A stretch of DNA of 39,507 nucleotides, from assembly GCA_963819815.1 (NCBI GenBank), contig CAWFXL010000002.1, positions 1 to 39,507 on the forward strand, read 5' to 3'. Source of the stretch: an uncultured bacterium (GTDB taxonomy: Bacteria; Babelota; Babeliae; Babelales; Babelaceae). Made by a program: the position numbers and the translations under genes. Shown one piece after another: positions 36,802 through 39,507 of the stretch. Position 1 is the stretch's first letter. Every line of letters begins with the position of its first letter. The notes under the pieces were generated by a model. It was not told the origin of the DNA and did not search any database. It was given only the letters and a program-made list of their open reading frames with translations.

Positions 36802-37206
36802 TTAGTCATTATCAACTTCAAGTTTCTTGACGCCACCCTTCTCCGTTTTAAATGAGGCTAACTTAGAGGCCGCATCACGGATAATTTTTTTGCTCATCTC
36901 ATTCTCTTCAGAAAGCTCATCCTGCATCTGGCTAAAAAGCATGTTCATCTCTTTTTGCATCTTATTCATACGCTTCTGAAGCCTGAGAATCATCTCCACG
37001 CCTGCTAAGTTTATACCAAGTTGATGCGTCAAATAAATAATTTCCTCTAAACGGTTTACATCTTCCTCAGAAAAAAGTCGGGTATTACCTTCCGATCGCT
37101 TAGGTGAAATTAACCCCTCTTTTTCATAGAGGCGTATCGTTTGCTGATGTACAGAAAACATCTTAGCAACTGCAGAAATAGAAAAGTACCCTTTTTTTCT
37201 CTTCAT
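36802..37206 (-). CDS. hspR: Heat-shock repressor HspR (MerR family)
   Basis: FSISAVAKMFSVHQQTIRLYEKEGLISPKRSEGNTRLFSEEDV..L..I..LTHQLGINLAGVEMIL matches the HspR pattern; coiled-coil tail. Confidence 0.85.
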   Translation of the reverse strand: MKRKKGYFSISAVAKMFSVHQQTIRLYEKEGLISPKRSEGNTRLFSEEDVNRLEEIIYLTHQLGINLAGVEMILRLQKRMNKMQKEMNMLFSQMQDELSEENEMSKKIIRDAASKLASFKTEKGGVKKLEVDND

Positions 37207-37397
37207 GGATCAACCTTGCATCAACGTAGTCAACTATCTATCATGAGTATACCAAGAATTTCAGAAAATTCATCGGGTACCGGCAATGCAGATACAATAT
37301 CACACTGAGATGTATAGCCCATAAAAATTAGACTTAGTAGGTATGCCTATCCCTTTAGCTCTTCTCCAAGATACGAAGGTATGCTAAAGGTTATACC

Positions 37398-38381
37398 TCA
37401 TTCAAAGTCAACTACAGGTGCAATACAGATACAATATTTGCTAAACAGGTAGTTTGCAATCGCATTACTGTTAATATTAGCTGTTCCTGCACATGCTGGT
37501 GCCAACCCAGATACTGGTATAAACCCTTGAGGTACATTAAATTGAGTACGCAAACGGGCCAAGGTACCATCCGCATTCATGTCATTAATAGCCTGCTGAA
37601 TATTTGCATAGAGCTGACAGCACTGTGAATTTATCGCGATACCTAACCCTTGAGAATCATCAGTGTGTGTTGAATCAAATACATTCTTAACGGCAAACAG
37701 GGTATCTGGATTATCTGCAGCTATTTTAACCGCAGTTGCTCCATCAACAAACAGCGCAAAGGCAAAACCTGACGTAAGGGCATTTAAAGCGTCCTGTAAT
37801 TCATCCTCTTCATCTACAGATATATTTGGATAGGCACTAAGAATCTTGACCTCACGAGTATTAGTGGTAGTTGCTACCGTAATCGGTGAAGTTGCACTAC
37901 CAAGCTGATTCACCGCATTCAGCACGGTAGCAGGATTCTGTAAAGCAGGAGTTACATCCGCAATTTTAAATACTATGCCAAGTGAGTCTTCGTTGTACTT
38001 AACAAACGAAACATTCGGCTTGGCCACTCGATCTGATGTTATCGACATAGCTGAAATTACCACATCAATAGGACTATCTGGTTCAGTTAGATCAAAGAGC
38101 AGATCACCAAAAGCAATTTGTTTAAAAACCACACCTTGAAGTCGAATACGCTGGGCAACCAGGCAGGCTACCACTTGATCAAATCCTTCAACGTTACCAT
38201 CTTTTTCGATTTCAAAAGGTTCGTAGCCTAAATCCCCATCAGCGCCAGCACCACTGCCGAAATCTGCACCCACAACAAGCTGTTTAAGATTAGTTCCGCA
38301 TGCAGATGGTCCCTGTGCACGTACGGCTACAAGACTTAGCATAAGCAACATCAAACATATGTTAATCATTATTATTTTCAT
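37398..38381 (-). CDS. Periplasmic solute-binding protein, family 3 (polar amino-acid type), paralog 1
   Basis: Signal peptide; LVVG..YEPFE..GNVEGFDQ, FGDLL..IDVVISAMSITSDR, AINDMNADGTLARL. Confidence 0.85.
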   Translation of the reverse strand: MKIIMINICLMLLMLSLVAVRAQGPSACGTNLKQLVVGADFGSGAGADGDLGYEPFEIEKDGNVEGFDQVVACLVAQRIRLQGVVFKQIAFGDLLFDLTEPDSPIDVVISAMSITSDRVAKPNVSFVKYNEDSLGIVFKIADVTPALQNPATVLNAVNQLGSATSPITVATTTNTREVKILSAYPNISVDEEDELQDALNALTSGFAFALFVDGATAVKIAADNPDTLFAVKNVFDSTHTDDSQGLGIAINSQCCQLYANIQQAINDMNADGTLARLRTQFNVPQGFIPVSGLAPACAGTANINSNAIANYLFSKYCICIAPVVDFE

Positions 38382-38412
38382 TACAAAACCCTTCCTTTTG
38401 CTTTAATAAGAG

Positions 38413-38441
38413 TGGGGTGTCACTTAGGAAGCAACACCCCA
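38413..38441 (-). terminator. Hairpin between the two solute-binding protein genes
   Basis: Minus strand TGGGGTGTTGCTT-cct-AAGTGACACCCCA (two G-U pairs). Confidence 0.55.
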
Positions 38442-38484
38442 ATATCTTATATAGTCATAACAAAAACTTATGTGTAGGGTAGTA

Positions 38485-39444
38485 TTACGTAGCTACCGTT
38501 ACGACACAGGTACAATATTTTCTGAACAAGTAGTTCGCAATCGAATTACTGTTAATAGTGGGTGTTCCCGCGCATGCCGGCGCTAGACCTGACACCGGAA
38601 TAAACCCTTGAGGTACATTAAATTGGATACGTAAACGAGCCAAGGTACCGTCAGCATTCATATCATTAATGGCCTGCTGAATATTTGCATATAACTGGCA
38701 GCATTCTGAATTTATCGCGATACCAAGCCCTTGTGAATCATCAGTTTTCGTTGAATCAAACACATCTTTAACTGCAACAAGAGTATCTGGATTATCTGCA
38801 GCTATTTTAACCGCAGTTGCTCCATCAACAAATAGCGCAAAGGCAAAACCTGCCGTAAGATCATCAAAAGCATCATCTAAAGTAGCCTCTTGAATGGCGC
38901 GCAAATTAGGATAACCTGAAAGAATATGAGATTCTCGAGAACTATCGGTAGTAGCTATCGGAAGAAGCGCAGTTGGTGAACCCATCTGATTGAGGGCAAT
39001 CAGGGCGGTAGCGGGATTTAGCAAAGCGGGTGTTACATCTGCCACCCTAAATACCAAACCGAGTGAATCCTCATTATATTTAACAAAAGATACGCCCTCA
39101 GCTTCATTTGATGGCGCTATAGACATAGCAGAAATAACAATATCGATAGGACTTGGAGACTCAGTAAGGTCAGCAAGTAGACCAGCAAAGGGAAGTTGTA
39201 AAAAAGTCACACTCTGAAACCCAAGGCGCTGGGCAACCTGGCAGGCAACCTGTGCATCAAATCCTTGAACTTCACCCTTTACTTCTTGTTCAAAAGGCTC
39301 ATAGCCGAATCTTCCACCAAAATCTGATCCGACGACGAGTTGATTAAGATTAGTTCCGCATGCGGATGGTCCCTGCGCAAGTAGGGCCGAAGCCCTACTT
39401 GCTAGAAGGATCAAACACAATGCTTTAGTCATTAGTGTTTTCAC
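38485..39444 (-). CDS. Periplasmic solute-binding protein, family 3, paralog 2
   Basis: GTG start with GAAGGG RBS; YEPFE..GEVQGFDAQ, IDIVISAMSI, AINDMNADGTLARL; clear paralog of 37398..38381. Confidence 0.85.
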   Translation of the reverse strand: MKTLMTKALCLILLASRASALLAQGPSACGTNLNQLVVGSDFGGRFGYEPFEQEVKGEVQGFDAQVACQVAQRLGFQSVTFLQLPFAGLLADLTESPSPIDIVISAMSIAPSNEAEGVSFVKYNEDSLGLVFRVADVTPALLNPATALIALNQMGSPTALLPIATTDSSRESHILSGYPNLRAIQEATLDDAFDDLTAGFAFALFVDGATAVKIAADNPDTLVAVKDVFDSTKTDDSQGLGIAINSECCQLYANIQQAINDMNADGTLARLRIQFNVPQGFIPVSGLAPACAGTPTINSNSIANYLFRKYCTCVVTVAT

Positions 39445-39507
39445 TATAAATACCCTTCATAATTATCATATGTGGTAATAAGCTTACCAGCTGATACCCC
39501 ATTTACC

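Noticed and set aside
37215..37395. Possible HAIR operator upstream of hspR (TAGTCAACTATCTATCATGAGT; CCTTTAGC...GCTAAAGG inverted repeat)
   Set aside because: Neither fits CTTGAGT-N7-ACTCAAG spacing well; the second is more simply a hairpin after the solute-binding protein gene.
1..39507. CRISPR array, rRNA, IS elements, prophage or stop-codon reassignment
   Set aside because: No regularly spaced repeats, transposase or phage genes seen. Conserved genes end at TAA, TAG and TGA where expected, and the broken genes are frame changes rather than in-frame stops.

Overview
Gene-dense bacterial chromosomal window. The content suggests Candidatus Dependentiae/Babelota (TM6, intracellular parasites of protists); this is an inference from four signal-peptide-bearing ankyrin proteins and a Phe-terminated beta-rich hypothetical protein alongside a compact housekeeping set. 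Housekeeping and envelope genes: GspE/PilB-type ATPase, FUN14-like membrane protein, HU, tRNA-Leu/Cys/Gln, rhodanese, lepB, an M23 peptidase, a plsC-batA-batB-batC-batD(E) operon, uppP, a NagZ-type GH3 glycosidase, ftsK, murF, rsmH, maf, hspR-htpX and two tandem solute-binding proteins. An accessory block downstream of tRNA-Gln encodes a GNAT + APH-kinase + ABC-2 exporter operon, a divergent second GNAT, and two large ankyrin proteins. Most notable: both large ankyrin proteins have N-terminal signal peptides and end in an in-register shared module with a classical NLS-like motif (EEPDPKKRKI / EEPVAKRQRV), and one also has an F-box-like segment, making them candidate host-nucleus-targeted effectors. 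Three genes (HU, the putative outer-membrane protein, the GH3) each carry a single +1 frameshift, probably assembly errors. No CRISPR array, rRNA, transposase or integrase was seen.
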